From NCBI GenBank assembly GCA_031414535.1, contig JANNVQ010000030.1:128001-192000 (forward strand): 64,000 nt of DNA, given 5' to 3'. The notes under the pieces are model-generated. The model did not search any database. It was not told the origin of the DNA and saw only the letters and a program-made list of their open reading frames with translations. The DNA comes from Gemmatimonas sp. GTDB lineage: Bacteria > Gemmatimonadota > Gemmatimonadetes > Gemmatimonadales > Gemmatimonadaceae. This document shows, piece by piece, positions 1-10,999 of this stretch. A program made the position numbers and the translations under genes. The number at the start of each line of letters is the position of its first letter. Within the stretch, counting starts at the first letter, position 1.

Positions 1-883
1 CACGTTCCACAAGAGCGCGCGCCGCCGCTTCGGTGGCGATGTTGCCAGCAATCAACTGCACCTGCGGGAAGGCCTCGCGCACCTTGGCGGTGGCGTCGAG
101 TACGCCCTGTGAGTGCCCATGCGCGGTGTCAACAATGAGGGCGTCCACGCCCGCATCAATGAGCGCCTTGGCGCGGGCCAGATAGTCGCCGCCGGCGCCA
201 ATCGCCGCGGCCACGAGGAGCCGACCTTCGCCATCCTTGGCCGCGTTCGGATACTGCCGACGCTTGTGGATGTCCTTCACCGTAATGAGACCAATCAATC
301 GCCCGTCCTTTTCCACCACCGGCAGCTTCTCAATGCGATGCTTGCCCATAATCTGCTCGGCTTCGTCCAGCGAGGTGCCGTGCGCGGCGGTGATCAGACC
401 CTCTTTGGTCATGGCGTCCGCGAGCGGGCGGTCGAGCTGACGCTCAAACTGCAGGTCGCGGTTAGTGATGATGCCAACGAGCTTGCCGTCCGCGTCTACG
501 ACGGGAACGCCACTGATGTGAAAGCGCGCCATCAAACCGACAGCTTCACGCAGCGTCGCCGAGGGCTGTAGGGTGATGGGATTGCGAATCATGCCGCTCT
601 CTGACCGCTTCACGCGGTCCACTTCGGCGGCCTGCCGATCAATCGCCATATTTTTATGAAGCACGCCGATGCCACCGGCGCGGGCCATGGCGATGGCCAT
701 CTCGGATTCGGTCACGGTATCCATCGCCGCAGAAACGAGCGGCACTTGGAGCGTGATGCCGCGCGTGAAGCGCGTGCCGGTGGTGACGTCCTTTGGATGG
801 ACGAGCGAATGGCGCGGGACGAGCAGAACGTCGTCGAAGGTCAGCGCTGGTTCGGTACGGATGCGGTCAGACAGGTGTCCCAT
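1..883 (-). CDS. guaB: IMP dehydrogenase (5' part; runs off the window edge)
   Basis: Manual translation from ATG at 883 gives [23 protein letters not shown]...[12 protein letters not shown]...GGIGVLHKN...(CBS pair)...VDTAHGHS...IAGNIAT. Absent from the ORF track because it has no stop within the window. Confidence 0.95.
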   Translation of the reverse strand, partial: MGHLSDRIRTEPALTFDDVLLVPRHSLVHPKDVTTGTRFTRGITLQVPLVSAAMDTVTESEMAIAMARAGGIGVLHKNMAIDRQAAEVDRVKRSESGMIRNPITLQPSATLREAVGLMARFHISGVPVVDADGKLVGIITNRDLQFERQLDRPLADAMTKEGLITAAHGTSLDEAEQIMGKHRIEKLPVVEKDGRLIGLITVKDIHKRRQYPNAAKDGEGRLLVAAAIGAGGDYLARAKALIDAGVDALIVDTAHGHSQGVLDATAKVREAFPQVQLIAGNIATEAAARALVER

Positions 884-959
884 CTCTCAAGCTAATCGTG
901 CGGGTAGGGCAATTTCCAGCCAAAGACCGCAGCGATTGAAGTGGCTTGCTAGGGTTGCT

Positions 960-1340
960 TTAGGGTTGCTCGGGCTCGGAACCTGGTGCGGGCGGCGGGG
1001 TCGGCGCAGGCGGGCTGGTGCTGGGCCCCGCGGGCTTGGCACTCGCCGTGCCGACGATGTCGCTCGCCACGGAGGCACCGGCAGCTGCCACTCCGCTCAA
1101 CACGCCCATCGCCTTGCTCATGAAGCCCATCGCCTCTGCCACGGTAGACGCCGAGAGGTTACCGGCGCGCAGGGTGTCTTCCACACCCTCCGCAAAACGC
1201 TGCAAGACGTTCGGCGCGGGCGCCTGACGCTGCGCGTACTTGGACTCAAGGAACTCGACGTAGTCGAGCACCTGATACAGCCGGTCTTCGGGGAGCGCCT
1301 CAAGGCGGCGCAGGATACGGTCGCGCAGAATCTCGTGCAT
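960..1340 (-). CDS. small hypothetical protein, DUF2281-like N-terminus
   Basis: [23 protein letters not shown] helix pair and a Pro-rich tail. Confidence 0.6.
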   Translation of the reverse strand: MHEILRDRILRRLEALPEDRLYQVLDYVEFLESKYAQRQAPAPNVLQRFAEGVEDTLRAGNLSASTVAEAMGFMSKAMGVLSGVAAAGASVASDIVGTASAKPAGPSTSPPAPTPPPAPGSEPEQP

Positions 1341-1349
1341 GCCTTGAAG

Positions 1350-2243
1350 CTACTGCAGTCCCCAGCGGGCGCGCTCGCCTCGGGCGTCCACGTGCACGAA
1401 GGGGCCCGCGAGCCCGGTGCTCCGATACACGCCAATGCCGCCCACGAGTTCTGGGTGGGCCGCCTCGACGGCGAGCACAATTCGCACGAGGTACCGGGCG
1501 TCGGCAATATCCACCCGCCCGTCGCGCGTCAGGTCGTCCATGCGGCCGTCACGATTGGCGTCCACCACAATGTCCGCGGCGTCGCCATACTGGTGCCGTG
1601 ATTCCGGAGCCCGGGCAGTGCGCGCATTGGCGAGCGTCACGGAAGGAGAGCGGAACGCAGACATCACCTTGAGTCGCGGGGCGGCGAATCCCGAGTCCGC
1701 CAACGCTTGAATGATGAGTTCCAGCTTATCCACTAATCTCAGGTCGAGCACCAACGGCTTGGGCCAAACCTCTCGCTGGCTACGCTCCGACAGAAACTCA
1801 CCCAGGCTGAAGTGCGCGGAAATGGCCAGCGACTGAATTTCGGGCGTGACTTCGATGAAGCCGACGGGCAATCGGTACAAGGGCGACAGCGGCGCGTGGC
1901 GCTCAGCCGGCCAGCGTCCGACTCGGAATGTCCCGACCCGCCCGTTGTGCTTCTCTGAGAAGGGCAGGAGTGAAATAAAGTGGAACAGCGACTTCGTGCT
2001 TGAGTCGGGGATGCTCCAAACGGCTGGTAACGGCGACCCACCCGCCGCTACCGCCTCGCTGTCGGCCGGCGCGAGAAGGATCGCCACCCTCAGCTCGCCG
2101 CTCCGTCCCCGAAGAGAATCCGGGATGGTCAGAACCGTGTCCGCCGCGGGGCTGCGCTCGCTAGCGAGGGTCGGGGATACCGATCCCCCAGCCGCAGCAA
2201 GGGCGAGCAATAGAAATAGAGCGAGTGCTCTCGGGCGACGCAT
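1350..2243 (-). CDS. secreted peptidase M15A-type (D-Ala-D-Ala) Zn metallopeptidase with an EF-hand/dockerin-like insert
   Basis: Signal peptide [35 protein letters not shown] and FVHVDARG motifs; [21 protein letters not shown] insert. Confidence 0.75.
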   Translation of the reverse strand: MRRPRALALFLLLALAAAGGSVSPTLASERSPAADTVLTIPDSLRGRSGELRVAILLAPADSEAVAAGGSPLPAVWSIPDSSTKSLFHFISLLPFSEKHNGRVGTFRVGRWPAERHAPLSPLYRLPVGFIEVTPEIQSLAISAHFSLGEFLSERSQREVWPKPLVLDLRLVDKLELIIQALADSGFAAPRLKVMSAFRSPSVTLANARTARAPESRHQYGDAADIVVDANRDGRMDDLTRDGRVDIADARYLVRIVLAVEAAHPELVGGIGVYRSTGLAGPFVHVDARGERARWGLQ

Positions 2244-2334
2244 CCCGATAAAAGTACACTTGCCCCGACACTCGGCGGGAGTGCGAGAACTATACACCTA
2301 GCACGAGATCCTATACTAACCTTTCGGTCAGTTA

Positions 2335-3438
2335 CTACTTCTTTACGAACGAAATCAACTCAAGGATTGGCGCGCCAGTCGGATTTGATCGTCCCGTTCT
2401 TACCCGAGCGGTCAGGATTATATGTGTGAGTGGAGAAATCGCTCGCGATTGCGAGATAAGACCTTGTGGGACAGTCACATACACCGTCGCGTTCTCGCCA
2501 GCTGGACCCATGGTCAATAGAAACGGCTCGTCCACGGCCATGTCGCGGCGAAGCGGATCGGCCAGCTGCATTCCTATGACCTGAACTTCCCAGCGTACGA
2601 CCTTTCCTTTGTGAGCGTCTGGGGCAGCCCGAAGATCCGCTGCGGTCAGGTTGGCTCCGTAGCCCGAGTCGGCCGGAACGAACAAGGACTCGGGCACCCA
2701 GGCCTCGACCTGCACCTTCACCCATCCGCGCTCACGCGCCAGAGGAGACACCACAGCGCCGGCGGACAGGGTGCCAATGTTCGTCCCGCCAATTCCCCTA
2801 TGCAGCGGGACTGCGCTTTGCGCTTGTAGCGAGCCGGCCGCTTGCCCACGACTGGAGGTCTCTGTCGCGGCGCTTGGCGCCACAGGGGCTGATGGAGACT
2901 GAACCGGGGGACGCGCCGCCGCTTGCGGCCGTTGAGCCGGCGCAGTTGCGGGTGCCGTGGCCGGTCGGCTCGATGGGGGATTTGCCGAACGGTTGGGTGT
3001 GGACGTGGCCGCACCGGACGCGGCGACCGTCACGGCAATGGCCGAGCTCGGGACCCAAACCTCTCGGCGAACCCGAGCCCACGTTTCGCGGGTTTCGATG
3101 ACGCGAAGCCCCGCGCCCGCGCGGAAGCTGCCAAGAATCCGCCCCTGGAGGGACGGCGTCTCGCGAATTCGCAGGGTCTGCGTGCCTCCGATTGTAGCCG
3201 GAAAGGAGTCCCGCGCCGCGCCAAATCGGGAGTTGTCCACCCAGGCGGTAATCACCACGGAGGTGAATCCTTCACGGGTGCGCCCAGTGGTCCAGGTGGT
3301 GCCGGAGCGCAGTTGCGCCACGACGCTGCCGCCCGGCGAGGCGCGCACGTCGGTGTCGGCGGTGATGCGACCCTGCTGACCCGCGAGCGGGAGAGCGGTC
3401 GAGACGAGCAGAACGAAAAGGCGGCGCAGGAGGCGCAT
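2335..3438 (-). CDS. secreted multi-SH3-like domain protein with Pro/Ala linker
   Basis: Signal peptide; three SH3b-like units ending in motifs such as GWVKVQVEAWVPES; start chosen at MRLLRRLF. Confidence 0.6.
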   Translation of the reverse strand: MRLLRRLFVLLVSTALPLAGQQGRITADTDVRASPGGSVVAQLRSGTTWTTGRTREGFTSVVITAWVDNSRFGAARDSFPATIGGTQTLRIRETPSLQGRILGSFRAGAGLRVIETRETWARVRREVWVPSSAIAVTVAASGAATSTPNRSANPPSSRPATAPATAPAQRPQAAARPPVQSPSAPVAPSAATETSSRGQAAGSLQAQSAVPLHRGIGGTNIGTLSAGAVVSPLARERGWVKVQVEAWVPESLFVPADSGYGANLTAADLRAAPDAHKGKVVRWEVQVIGMQLADPLRRDMAVDEPFLLTMGPAGENATVYVTVPQGLISQSRAISPLTHIILTARVRTGRSNPTGAPILELISFVKK

Positions 3439-3544
3439 CGCTGGATGGGGGGCGTGTGCGAGAATAGATTGCGCGAGCGGTTGTGCCGTCTCCACGCGCG
3501 ACGCTGAGATAGAAGTTATTACCCCTCATAGGCAGCGGCCAAGT

Positions 3545-5095
3545 ATGAGTTCCCGGGTTGATCGCCCCGTTGTGCTCGTCGTACTCGACGGGTGGGGTTA
3601 TCGTGAGTCCCTTGAAGGCAACGCAGTCCGGCTGGCGAGCACCCCAACGTGGGACCGCCTCTGGGCGCGTGCGCCGCGCACGCTGCTCTCGGCCAGCGGC
3701 CTCGCGGTCGGCCTCCCCGAGGGGCAGATGGGCAACTCCGAGGTGGGCCATCTCAATCTCGGCGCCGGACGCGTGGTCATGCAGGACTTGGTGCGCATCG
3801 CCGAGTCCATCAAGAGCGGGACCTGGTACCGCAATGAGGCCCTGCGCTCCGCCTGCGCGCGGCTACGCGGAACCGACAACACCCTGCATCTGCTGGGCCT
3901 TGTGGGCGATGGCGGCGTGCACGGTCACGACGAGCACCTGCTTGCCCTCGTGGAACTGGCCGTGCGCGAGCAAGTGCCGCGGGTGGCCCTGCACCTCATG
4001 CTTGATGGACGCGATACGCTCCCGAAGTCGGCGCTGGGCTATGTGCGCGCGCTCCTCGAGAAGACGCGGGGCCGCGCCGAGATCGCGAGCATTGGCGGGC
4101 GCTACTTCGGGATGGATCGCGATCAGCGCTGGACGCGCACGGAGAAGTGCTTCAACGCGGCGGTTCGCGGCACGGGCCCAGCCACATCAGATCCACTGGC
4201 CTTCATCCAAGGCAATTACGAGCGCAACGTCACGGATGAATTCATGGAGCCGGCGGTGGTGATGCGGGATGGACAACCCGTGGCGCCGATGCGCGATGGT
4301 GATTCCCTCATCGCGTGGAATTTCCGATCGGACCGCATGCGGCAGATGACCCGCGCGCTGGCAATCTCCGGTTTTGACGGCTTCGACGTACGCGATCGGC
4401 CCCGCCTGCATGTGGCCACGATGACGCAGTATGACCAGACCTTCGGATTGCCGGTGGCCTTTGAGCCATTCTCGATGGCGAAGATCGTGGCCGAAGTGCT
4501 GGACGAGGCGGGTATGACGACGCTGCGCACGGCGGAAACCGAGAAGTATCCGCACGTGACGTACTTTTTTAACGGCGGCAACGAAGTGCCATACCGCGGT
4601 GAAGAGCGTTTGCTGGTGCCGAGCCAGAAGGTGGTGACCTACGATTTGATGCCAGAAATGAGCGCGCCGGGTATCACGGACGTGCTGTGCAAGTCCATTG
4701 AGGCGAAGTCGCATCACTTCACGCTCTGCAACTACGCCAACGGCGATATGGTCGGCCACAGCGGGAACATGGCCGCCACCATCCGCGCCTGCGAAGTGGT
4801 GGACGAGCAGTTGGCGCGCGTCGTTGCGTCGGCGGAGAAGTCCGGGGCGCGCCTCCTCATCACGGCAGACCACGGCAATTGCGAAATGATGATTGATCCC
4901 CAGACTGGTGGCCCGCACACGGCGCACACCACGAACCCTGTTCCCTTCCTCCTCGTCGAGGATGGAGAGTCGGTGGCCCTGCGCAGCGGCGGTGCGCTCT
5001 GCGATGTGGGCCCCACCGTGCTTTCCCTGCTCGGCGTCGAGCGGCCGTCGGAAATGACGGGCCGCGACCTGCGCCTTATTGGAGTCACCGCGTGA
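3545..5095 (+). CDS. gpmI: 2,3-bisphosphoglycerate-independent phosphoglycerate mutase
   Basis: VLDGWG, GQMGNSEVGHLN, ETEKYPHVT, DMVGH, ADHGN, HTAHT. Confidence 0.97.
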   Translation: MSSRVDRPVVLVVLDGWGYRESLEGNAVRLASTPTWDRLWARAPRTLLSASGLAVGLPEGQMGNSEVGHLNLGAGRVVMQDLVRIAESIKSGTWYRNEALRSACARLRGTDNTLHLLGLVGDGGVHGHDEHLLALVELAVREQVPRVALHLMLDGRDTLPKSALGYVRALLEKTRGRAEIASIGGRYFGMDRDQRWTRTEKCFNAAVRGTGPATSDPLAFIQGNYERNVTDEFMEPAVVMRDGQPVAPMRDGDSLIAWNFRSDRMRQMTRALAISGFDGFDVRDRPRLHVATMTQYDQTFGLPVAFEPFSMAKIVAEVLDEAGMTTLRTAETEKYPHVTYFFNGGNEVPYRGEERLLVPSQKVVTYDLMPEMSAPGITDVLCKSIEAKSHHFTLCNYANGDMVGHSGNMAATIRACEVVDEQLARVVASAEKSGARLLITADHGNCEMMIDPQTGGPHTAHTTNPVPFLLVEDGESVALRSGGALCDVGPTVLSLLGVERPSEMTGRDLRLIGVTA

Positions 5096-5796
5096 GCGTT
5101 CGCCTGCGTAGCATCTTCGTCATCCTGCTTCTTGCCATCACGGCGCCGCTCTCGGCACAGGTGGTGGGTCACCTGCCGGAGCAGAGTCCGTTCACGGACG
5201 CTACCGGGCGTCACATCTTCACGGGATACCTCGGCTACCTGTCGAGCGTGGACGATCCAGCGGGTGTGGGGCCCAAGGGCAGCCTGCTCCTCGCGCTCGA
5301 GTACGACTACGATTTTCCGAGTGCGTTTTTTCTGACCTCGCGCGTCGGCCTCGCGCCGCTCGCCGAGCGCAACGTGCTCGACCCACTGTTCACGGGTCCG
5401 CAGCGCGACTTCGGCACGCGATCCGAACCGTTGTTCTTCTTCGAGACCGGCCTCGCGGCCTCGCTCACGGGCGATAAGGCCTGGCGTGGCATCGCACCGC
5501 GCGTGTTCACGAACATCGGCGTCATTGGCTCACTGAATCCCGACTACGACATCGGACAGTATCGCTTCGGTCCCAAGTTCGCCTTCTCCTACGGACTCAA
5601 CATCCGTGGCGTGACGGGCAAGGACTGGGAGTGGCGGGCCGACATCACGCGGCTCAATTACCGGCTCAATTATCCCGGCACCTACCGCGGTGATGGCAGT
5701 GCCACCGACGAATCCGTGATCGGTGACGGCCGCGCGAACCCGTGGGCACCGCAGACGATGCTGTCATTTGGCATCGCGCGAATCTGGGGTCGCTAA
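5092..5796 (+). CDS. secreted hypothetical protein, probable outer-membrane beta-barrel
   Basis: Signal peptide and alternating aromatic beta-strands; GTGA overlap with gpmI. Confidence 0.55.
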   Translation: MSVRLRSIFVILLLAITAPLSAQVVGHLPEQSPFTDATGRHIFTGYLGYLSSVDDPAGVGPKGSLLLALEYDYDFPSAFFLTSRVGLAPLAERNVLDPLFTGPQRDFGTRSEPLFFFETGLAASLTGDKAWRGIAPRVFTNIGVIGSLNPDYDIGQYRFGPKFAFSYGLNIRGVTGKDWEWRADITRLNYRLNYPGTYRGDGSATDESVIGDGRANPWAPQTMLSFGIARIWGR

Positions 5797-5800
5797 GCAG

Positions 5801-6220
5801 GTGCGCGCCACGCTAACGCGGCGCATCGGCTTCTCGGCGGCGCATCGCTATCGCCGCCCGGAATGGGATGACGTACGCAACGCTGCGGTGTTTGGCGCCT
5901 GTGCGCATCCCAATTGGCACGGCCACACCTACAGCGTGGAGGTGACGGTGGGCGGTGAGATTGACCCCATCACAGGCTTCTGCGCGGATCTCGGCGCGCT
6001 CGATGCCGCGCTGCGCACGGAAGTGTTTGAACGCCTCGACCATCGCAACCTCGTACTCGACGTTCCAGAGTTCGCCGAGGGCAAGGAGATTCCCACGAGC
6101 GAGAATCTCGCGTGGTGGATTGCCCGGCGTGTGCAGCAGGCACTGGGCGAGGCCACGAGGGTGCTACGCGTGCGCGTGGCAGAAGAGCCCGGCCTCTGGG
6201 CCGAAATCGAACCGGGATGA
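5801..6220 (+). CDS. 6-pyruvoyl-tetrahydropterin synthase / QueD family (COG0720)
   Basis: FSAAHRY, CAHPNWHGHTY, LDHRNL, PTSENLA; GTG start at 5801 inferred. Confidence 0.85.
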   Translation: MRATLTRRIGFSAAHRYRRPEWDDVRNAAVFGACAHPNWHGHTYSVEVTVGGEIDPITGFCADLGALDAALRTEVFERLDHRNLVLDVPEFAEGKEIPTSENLAWWIARRVQQALGEATRVLRVRVAEEPGLWAEIEPG

Positions 6221-6948
6221 TGGACGCGCCGGAGGGCACCTCCCGCCTCGACGCGGTGGACGAGGTCCCCGTCTGGCTTGAAGTCAACGGCGAGCCGGCT
6301 GTCACCTGGATGTGTACGCCGGAGCAACTCCCGGAGCTCGTGGTGGGCTGGTGTTTTGGCGAGGGCTACATAGACGCCAGGAGCGATTTGCTCAGCATGC
6401 GGCCTTGCGCCAAGGAACCGGGCTTTTGGGTGACGGTGCCTGAGGAGCGCTATCAAACCGTCGAGGGTCAGGAGCGAAGGCGCGTCCTCGCGTCGGGCTG
6501 CGGTGCGGTCACGACCATCCTGGGCTCGCTCTCCAATGTGCCGCGTCGCAAGGAACTCCCCAGTATTCCCGATCTCGCGCACACGCGCGTGCTCTTTAAG
6601 GAGCTCTTCGCGCGCGGTGAGCGCTATAAGGACACGGGTGGCATCCACGCGGCCGCGCTGACGGATGGGCAGACGCTATTGGTGCACGCGGAGGACATCG
6701 GTCGGCACAACGCGGTAGATAAAGTCTTGGGTGCGCGCTTGCTGGCAGGTGAGCGCCCCGATGATCTCATCTTGCTGGTGACGGGTCGCATCTCCGGGGA
6801 ACTTGCGTTCAAGGCGGCGCGAGCGCGCATCAGCGTGGTGGCCACGCCGAGCGTACCGAGTTCGATTGCCGTGGACATCGCGAAGGCGGCAGGGATGGTC
6901 TTGATCGGCCGCGCGGTGTCTGGGACTCCGCAGGTGTGGAAGCCGTGA
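6217..6948 (+). CDS. fdhD: formate dehydrogenase accessory sulfurtransferase
   Basis: SGCG, TGGIHAAAL, EDIGRHNAVDKV, TGRIS; ATGA overlap with the upstream gene. Confidence 0.9.
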   Translation: MMDAPEGTSRLDAVDEVPVWLEVNGEPAVTWMCTPEQLPELVVGWCFGEGYIDARSDLLSMRPCAKEPGFWVTVPEERYQTVEGQERRRVLASGCGAVTTILGSLSNVPRRKELPSIPDLAHTRVLFKELFARGERYKDTGGIHAAALTDGQTLLVHAEDIGRHNAVDKVLGARLLAGERPDDLILLVTGRISGELAFKAARARISVVATPSVPSSIAVDIAKAAGMVLIGRAVSGTPQVWKP

Positions 6949-7586
6949 GCTGCACGGGCGTGATTCTCGCTGGCGGCGCGGCGTCTCGCTTTGGCGGGTT
7001 GCCCAAGGGGCTCGAGCGTGTGGACGGGCGGCGCATTATTGATCGCGTGGCAAAGCCCCTTGGCGAAGTCACGGATAGTCTCCTGTTGATTGCTAATGTG
7101 CCCGAGGCGTCTGCATGGCTCGCGGGCGTGCGCACGGCCTCAGATGTGCGAGCGGGGTTGGGCGCGCTTGGTGGTTTGCACGCCGCACTCACGCATGCGG
7201 CCACTGACATTGTCCTTGTGGCCTGGGATATGCCCTTTGTGTCTGCAGCGCTGCTGGGTGAATTGCGACGTATTGGAGAAGGCGGCAAGGACGAAAGCCA
7301 TCACGCCCTGTCATTCATCGAATCACCAGACCTCGTGATCCCCGAGAGCGATGGCTCTCGCCGCGGCGTGGAGCCGCTCTGCGCCTGGTACTCACGGCGC
7401 TGCCTTCCCGCTGTGGAGAACACGCTCGATGCGGGAGACTTACGCGTGATTGGATTCCACGATCAGGTGCGCGTGCAGCGTCTCTCGCTTGCGCGCGTTG
7501 AAGACTTCGGTGCTCCCGCTCGGTTGTTTTCCAACGTGAACACACCGGATGATCTTGCCGCAGCCGCTCGAGTCACACATGCCTGA
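6945..7586 (+). CDS. mobA: molybdenum cofactor guanylyltransferase
   Basis: ILAGGAASRFGG.PKG, DMPF, EPLCAWY, NVNTPDD. Confidence 0.9.
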   Translation: MSCTGVILAGGAASRFGGLPKGLERVDGRRIIDRVAKPLGEVTDSLLLIANVPEASAWLAGVRTASDVRAGLGALGGLHAALTHAATDIVLVAWDMPFVSAALLGELRRIGEGGKDESHHALSFIESPDLVIPESDGSRRGVEPLCAWYSRRCLPAVENTLDAGDLRVIGFHDQVRVQRLSLARVEDFGAPARLFSNVNTPDDLAAAARVTHA

Positions 7587-8121
7587 GCGGGCCGCTGATG
7601 CTTTGCCTCCGATGTTGGGGATTGTTGGCCGTAAGCACGCGGGTAAGACGACGCTGGTGGTGCGCTTGTGCGCGGAGCTCGCGCGGCGTGGTCACCGGGT
7701 GATGACGCTCAAGCACGGCACGCACACGTTCAATCTTGATCCTGCTAGCACGGACACCTACCGGCACTATCACGAAGGTGGTGCCGAGCGCGTGGCGATG
7801 TTGTCGCCGGACAAATTCGCGCTGGTGGAACGCTGGGCTCAGGAGCGAACGCCAGAGGACATCGTGGCCGAGCATCTCGCGGACGCGGACATCGTGCTCT
7901 GCGAGGGCTTCAAGGCGCACCCGATGCCGAAGGTGGAGATTCATCGCATCGCGGCGCACGCGACGGCCCTGTGGCCAGCGGACGCGCCACATGCGGATGC
8001 GTGGAAGGCGATGTTGACTGATGCGCCGCCGTCTGGATTCAGCGGGCGGCTGTTTGATTTGAACAATTCCCAGTGGCTGGATTATCTCGCGACGTGGGTG
8101 GAGACTGAGGTGATGAAATGA
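7579..8121 (+). CDS. mobB: molybdopterin-guanine dinucleotide biosynthesis protein B
   Basis: GRKHAGKTTL P-loop, LKH, DTYRH, EGFK. Confidence 0.9.
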   Translation: MPERAADALPPMLGIVGRKHAGKTTLVVRLCAELARRGHRVMTLKHGTHTFNLDPASTDTYRHYHEGGAERVAMLSPDKFALVERWAQERTPEDIVAEHLADADIVLCEGFKAHPMPKVEIHRIAAHATALWPADAPHADAWKAMLTDAPPSGFSGRLFDLNNSQWLDYLATWVETEVMK

Positions 8122-9743
8122 GGAGAAGCTTGATCGCAGCGGCCAGCGGGCTGCTACTTGCGTCGGCGACGCAGGCCTGTTCCGGCGCTGCCGGCCGGAA
8201 TGTGACGCCAACGCCTGCCGACTCCGCCGTCTTCAGCCCGCGCATCATCACGGAGAACGCACCGCCGCAAACCGATACCGCAGTGTTCGCGCCGGTCATC
8301 ATCACGGAAACCACCGACATCCTCACGGCACCGCCAGAGCCGCGCCTCCGCTCGCCGCTGACGAATCTTGCAGATTCCTTGCTCAGCGACCCGATGTTCC
8401 GCTCCATGCATTGGGGCGTGCTCATTGTTGATCCAGTCCGCGGCGACACGCTCTACTCGCTGAACGCTGAGAAGCTGTTCGTGCCCGCATCCAACACCAA
8501 ACTCGTCACGGCAGCCGTGGCCCTGACGCAACTTGGCCCTGACTATCGCTACACCACGCGCGTGCTCGGGCGGGTGCCGCGAGCCGGCGTCATCACGGGC
8601 AACCTCGTAGTGATTGGCGAGGGCGACCCCTCCTTCAGCGATTCGCTCAGCGGCTCAGCGATGGCGCCGCTGCTAGAACTCGCCGACTCGTTGCACGCGC
8701 GTGGAGTGCGCCGCGTGAGCGGACGCCTCGTCTCGGGGTCCAACAGCTTCCCAGGTGACACCATCGGCGCTGGCTGGGCGTGGGATGACCTTGATGAAGG
8801 CTATGCTGGCGCGGTGGACGAACTCACCTTCAACGAAGGCTTCGCGCGCATCACCATTCTTGGTGGCTCACGGCCCGGCGCGCCGGTGACGGTGCGCCGC
8901 GAACCGGCGACGACGGTGCCTGTGCTCGGACGTGTGGCAGTGACCACCATCGGGTGCTGCTCGCTGCGCCGCGGCGTCTCGCACCGATTCGACATGCGTG
9001 GCGCGCGTCCCGTGCTGCACCTCGAAGGCGCCGTGCGCAGCAACGACTCCATCACCATTAACGTCGCGCTCCGGAATCCCAACACCGCGTTCCTCGATGC
9101 CTTCGCCGAAGCACTACGCGCGCGGGGCATCACGGTGAGCGGTGGCGTGGCCATTGATTCGGTGGCCGACACCACCGGGCTCATCCTGCTCGCGTCACGC
9201 AGGTCGCCGCCGCTTTCGGCCATGCTTCCGGCGTTTCAGAAGCCCTCGCAAAACCAAATTGGCGAGTTGCTGTTGCGCACATTGGGACGCGTGAAGGGTG
9301 GATCAGGCACTGCGGACAGCGGACGGATGGTGGTGAAACGGCAGCTCGCGGCTTGGGGCATTGATTCGTCGCAAGCCGCCATCAGAGACGGGTCGGGCCT
9401 TTCGCGACGCAACTTCATTTCTCCGCAGGCCGTGGTGCGCATTCTCGACCTAATGCGCGCGAGTCCCTCATTTGATGCGTGGTACCAGGCGCTGCCCATC
9501 GGCGGCGTGGATGGTACGATTCGCGAGCGCATGCGCGGCACACCCGCTGCTGGGAACGTGCGAGCCAAGACCGGAACGCTCGATCGCGTGCGTTCGCTCT
9601 CGGGCTACGTCACCACCGCAGACGGCCACACGTTGCTCTTCTCCATGTTGGCCAACAATCAGGCCGTGCCAACGCGCGAGGTGGAGCGCGTGCAAGACGC
9701 CATGCTCTCGCACTTGGCCGCGATGACACTCGTCCGCCGCTGA
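8118..9743 (+). CDS. dacB: D-Ala-D-Ala carboxypeptidase/endopeptidase PBP4 (S13), lipoprotein
   Basis: PASNTKL (SxxK), SQN, DGSGLSR, AKTGTL; lipobox TQAC. Confidence 0.92.
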   Translation: MRRSLIAAASGLLLASATQACSGAAGRNVTPTPADSAVFSPRIITENAPPQTDTAVFAPVIITETTDILTAPPEPRLRSPLTNLADSLLSDPMFRSMHWGVLIVDPVRGDTLYSLNAEKLFVPASNTKLVTAAVALTQLGPDYRYTTRVLGRVPRAGVITGNLVVIGEGDPSFSDSLSGSAMAPLLELADSLHARGVRRVSGRLVSGSNSFPGDTIGAGWAWDDLDEGYAGAVDELTFNEGFARITILGGSRPGAPVTVRREPATTVPVLGRVAVTTIGCCSLRRGVSHRFDMRGARPVLHLEGAVRSNDSITINVALRNPNTAFLDAFAEALRARGITVSGGVAIDSVADTTGLILLASRRSPPLSAMLPAFQKPSQNQIGELLLRTLGRVKGGSGTADSGRMVVKRQLAAWGIDSSQAAIRDGSGLSRRNFISPQAVVRILDLMRASPSFDAWYQALPIGGVDGTIRERMRGTPAAGNVRAKTGTLDRVRSLSGYVTTADGHTLLFSMLANNQAVPTREVERVQDAMLSHLAAMTLVRR

Positions 9744-10999
9744 TGCTCTCGGTACCCGAAGCCGCGACGCGCATCGCCGCGGCCGTTACGCCGCTCCCCG
9801 TGGAGCAACTCGCGCTTGGAGAGGCCCTTGGCTGCGTGTTGGCTGCCGATGCCGTGTCGCCGATTACCCTGCCCCACTGGGACAACTCGGCGATGGATGG
9901 TTATGCCGTGCACGGTGCCGACGTGGCGAGCGCCAGCGAGGGAATGCCTCGCGTGCTCCCTGTTGTTGGTAGCATCGCGGCTGGCGCGCCGGTGCCGCCT
10001 CCCTTGGCACGCGGCGAGGCCATGCAGATCATGACCGGTGCGCCGATGCCGCCTGGCGCCGACACGGTGATTCGCGTGGAAGATACGGACGCCGGTACGA
10101 GCGCGGTGCGCGTGCTCAAGGACCGCGACGTCGGCAAGAACATTCGTCGTGCTGGCGAGGACGTCACCAAGGGGCAAGTCGCGATTCCCGCCGGCACCGC
10201 GATTGGCGCAGCCCAGATTGGCGTGTTGGCCAGCATTGGCTGCGCGAGCGTGGCGGTACACCGACGTCCGCGCGTGGCGATTTTTGGCTCTGGCGATGAG
10301 CTCGTGGAGCTTGATGGATTTAGCGAAGTGCTCGCTGGGCGTCGGATTGTGAGTTCCAACCGCTACACGCTTGAGGCGCTCGTGCGCTTGAGTGGTGGCG
10401 TTCCAATTTCACTTGGCCACGCGCCTGATTCGCTGGAAGCCGTGCGCGCGATGTTGCAGCACGCCTTGGATGCAAAGCCCGACCTCATCATCACGTCAGC
10501 TGGCGTGTCGGTGGGCGAACACGATCACACCCGCAACTCCATCGAGTCTATGGGGACCACGCTCGACTTCTGGCGGGTGCGCATGCGGCCTGGGGCGCCG
10601 CTCGGCTTCGGACACGTGCAGGGCATTCCCTGGATTGGCCTGCCCGGCAACCCCGTGAGCGCGATGGTGACCTTTGAACTCTTCGTACGCCCCGCCATTC
10701 GCCGCCTGCTTGGTCACGCGCGCCTGCATCGTCGGCCGGTGCCGGTGCTACTCGAGGAAGCGGTGAGCATCGGTGCCAAACTCACGCATTTTTATCGCGC
10801 CGTCGTCTCCACGCGCGACAACGGCGTTCTCACGGCACGATTGACTGGCCCGCAGGGGTCAGGGATTCTCACGTCCATGAGCATCGCCAACGCCTTGCTC
10901 ATCGTGCCCGAGGATTCCACAACCGTTCCCGCTGGCCACACGCTTCACGCCATTCTCTTGGGCGAGGACGCGGCTCTCACAGAACACTTCTCGCTTTGA
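9743..10999 (+). CDS. moeA: molybdopterin molybdotransferase
   Basis: SAMDGYAV, IMTGAPMP.GADTV, GDEL, GVSVG, LPGNPVS; start at the TGATG overlap. Confidence 0.95.
   Translation: MLSVPEAATRIAAAVTPLPVEQLALGEALGCVLAADAVSPITLPHWDNSAMDGYAVHGADVASASEGMPRVLPVVGSIAAGAPVPPPLARGEAMQIMTGAPMPPGADTVIRVEDTDAGTSAVRVLKDRDVGKNIRRAGEDVTKGQVAIPAGTAIGAAQIGVLASIGCASVAVHRRPRVAIFGSGDELVELDGFSEVLAGRRIVSSNRYTLEALVRLSGGVPISLGHAPDSLEAVRAMLQHALDAKPDLIITSAGVSVGEHDHTRNSIESMGTTLDFWRVRMRPGAPLGFGHVQGIPWIGLPGNPVSAMVTFELFVRPAIRRLLGHARLHRRPVPVLLEEAVSIGAKLTHFYRAVVSTRDNGVLTARLTGPQGSGILTSMSIANALLIVPEDSTTVPAGHTLHAILLGEDAALTEHFSL

Noticed and set aside
113..1601. Plus-strand ORFs 113-571 and 669-1601
   Set aside because: Antisense shadows of guaB and neighbouring minus-strand genes, typical of high-GC DNA.
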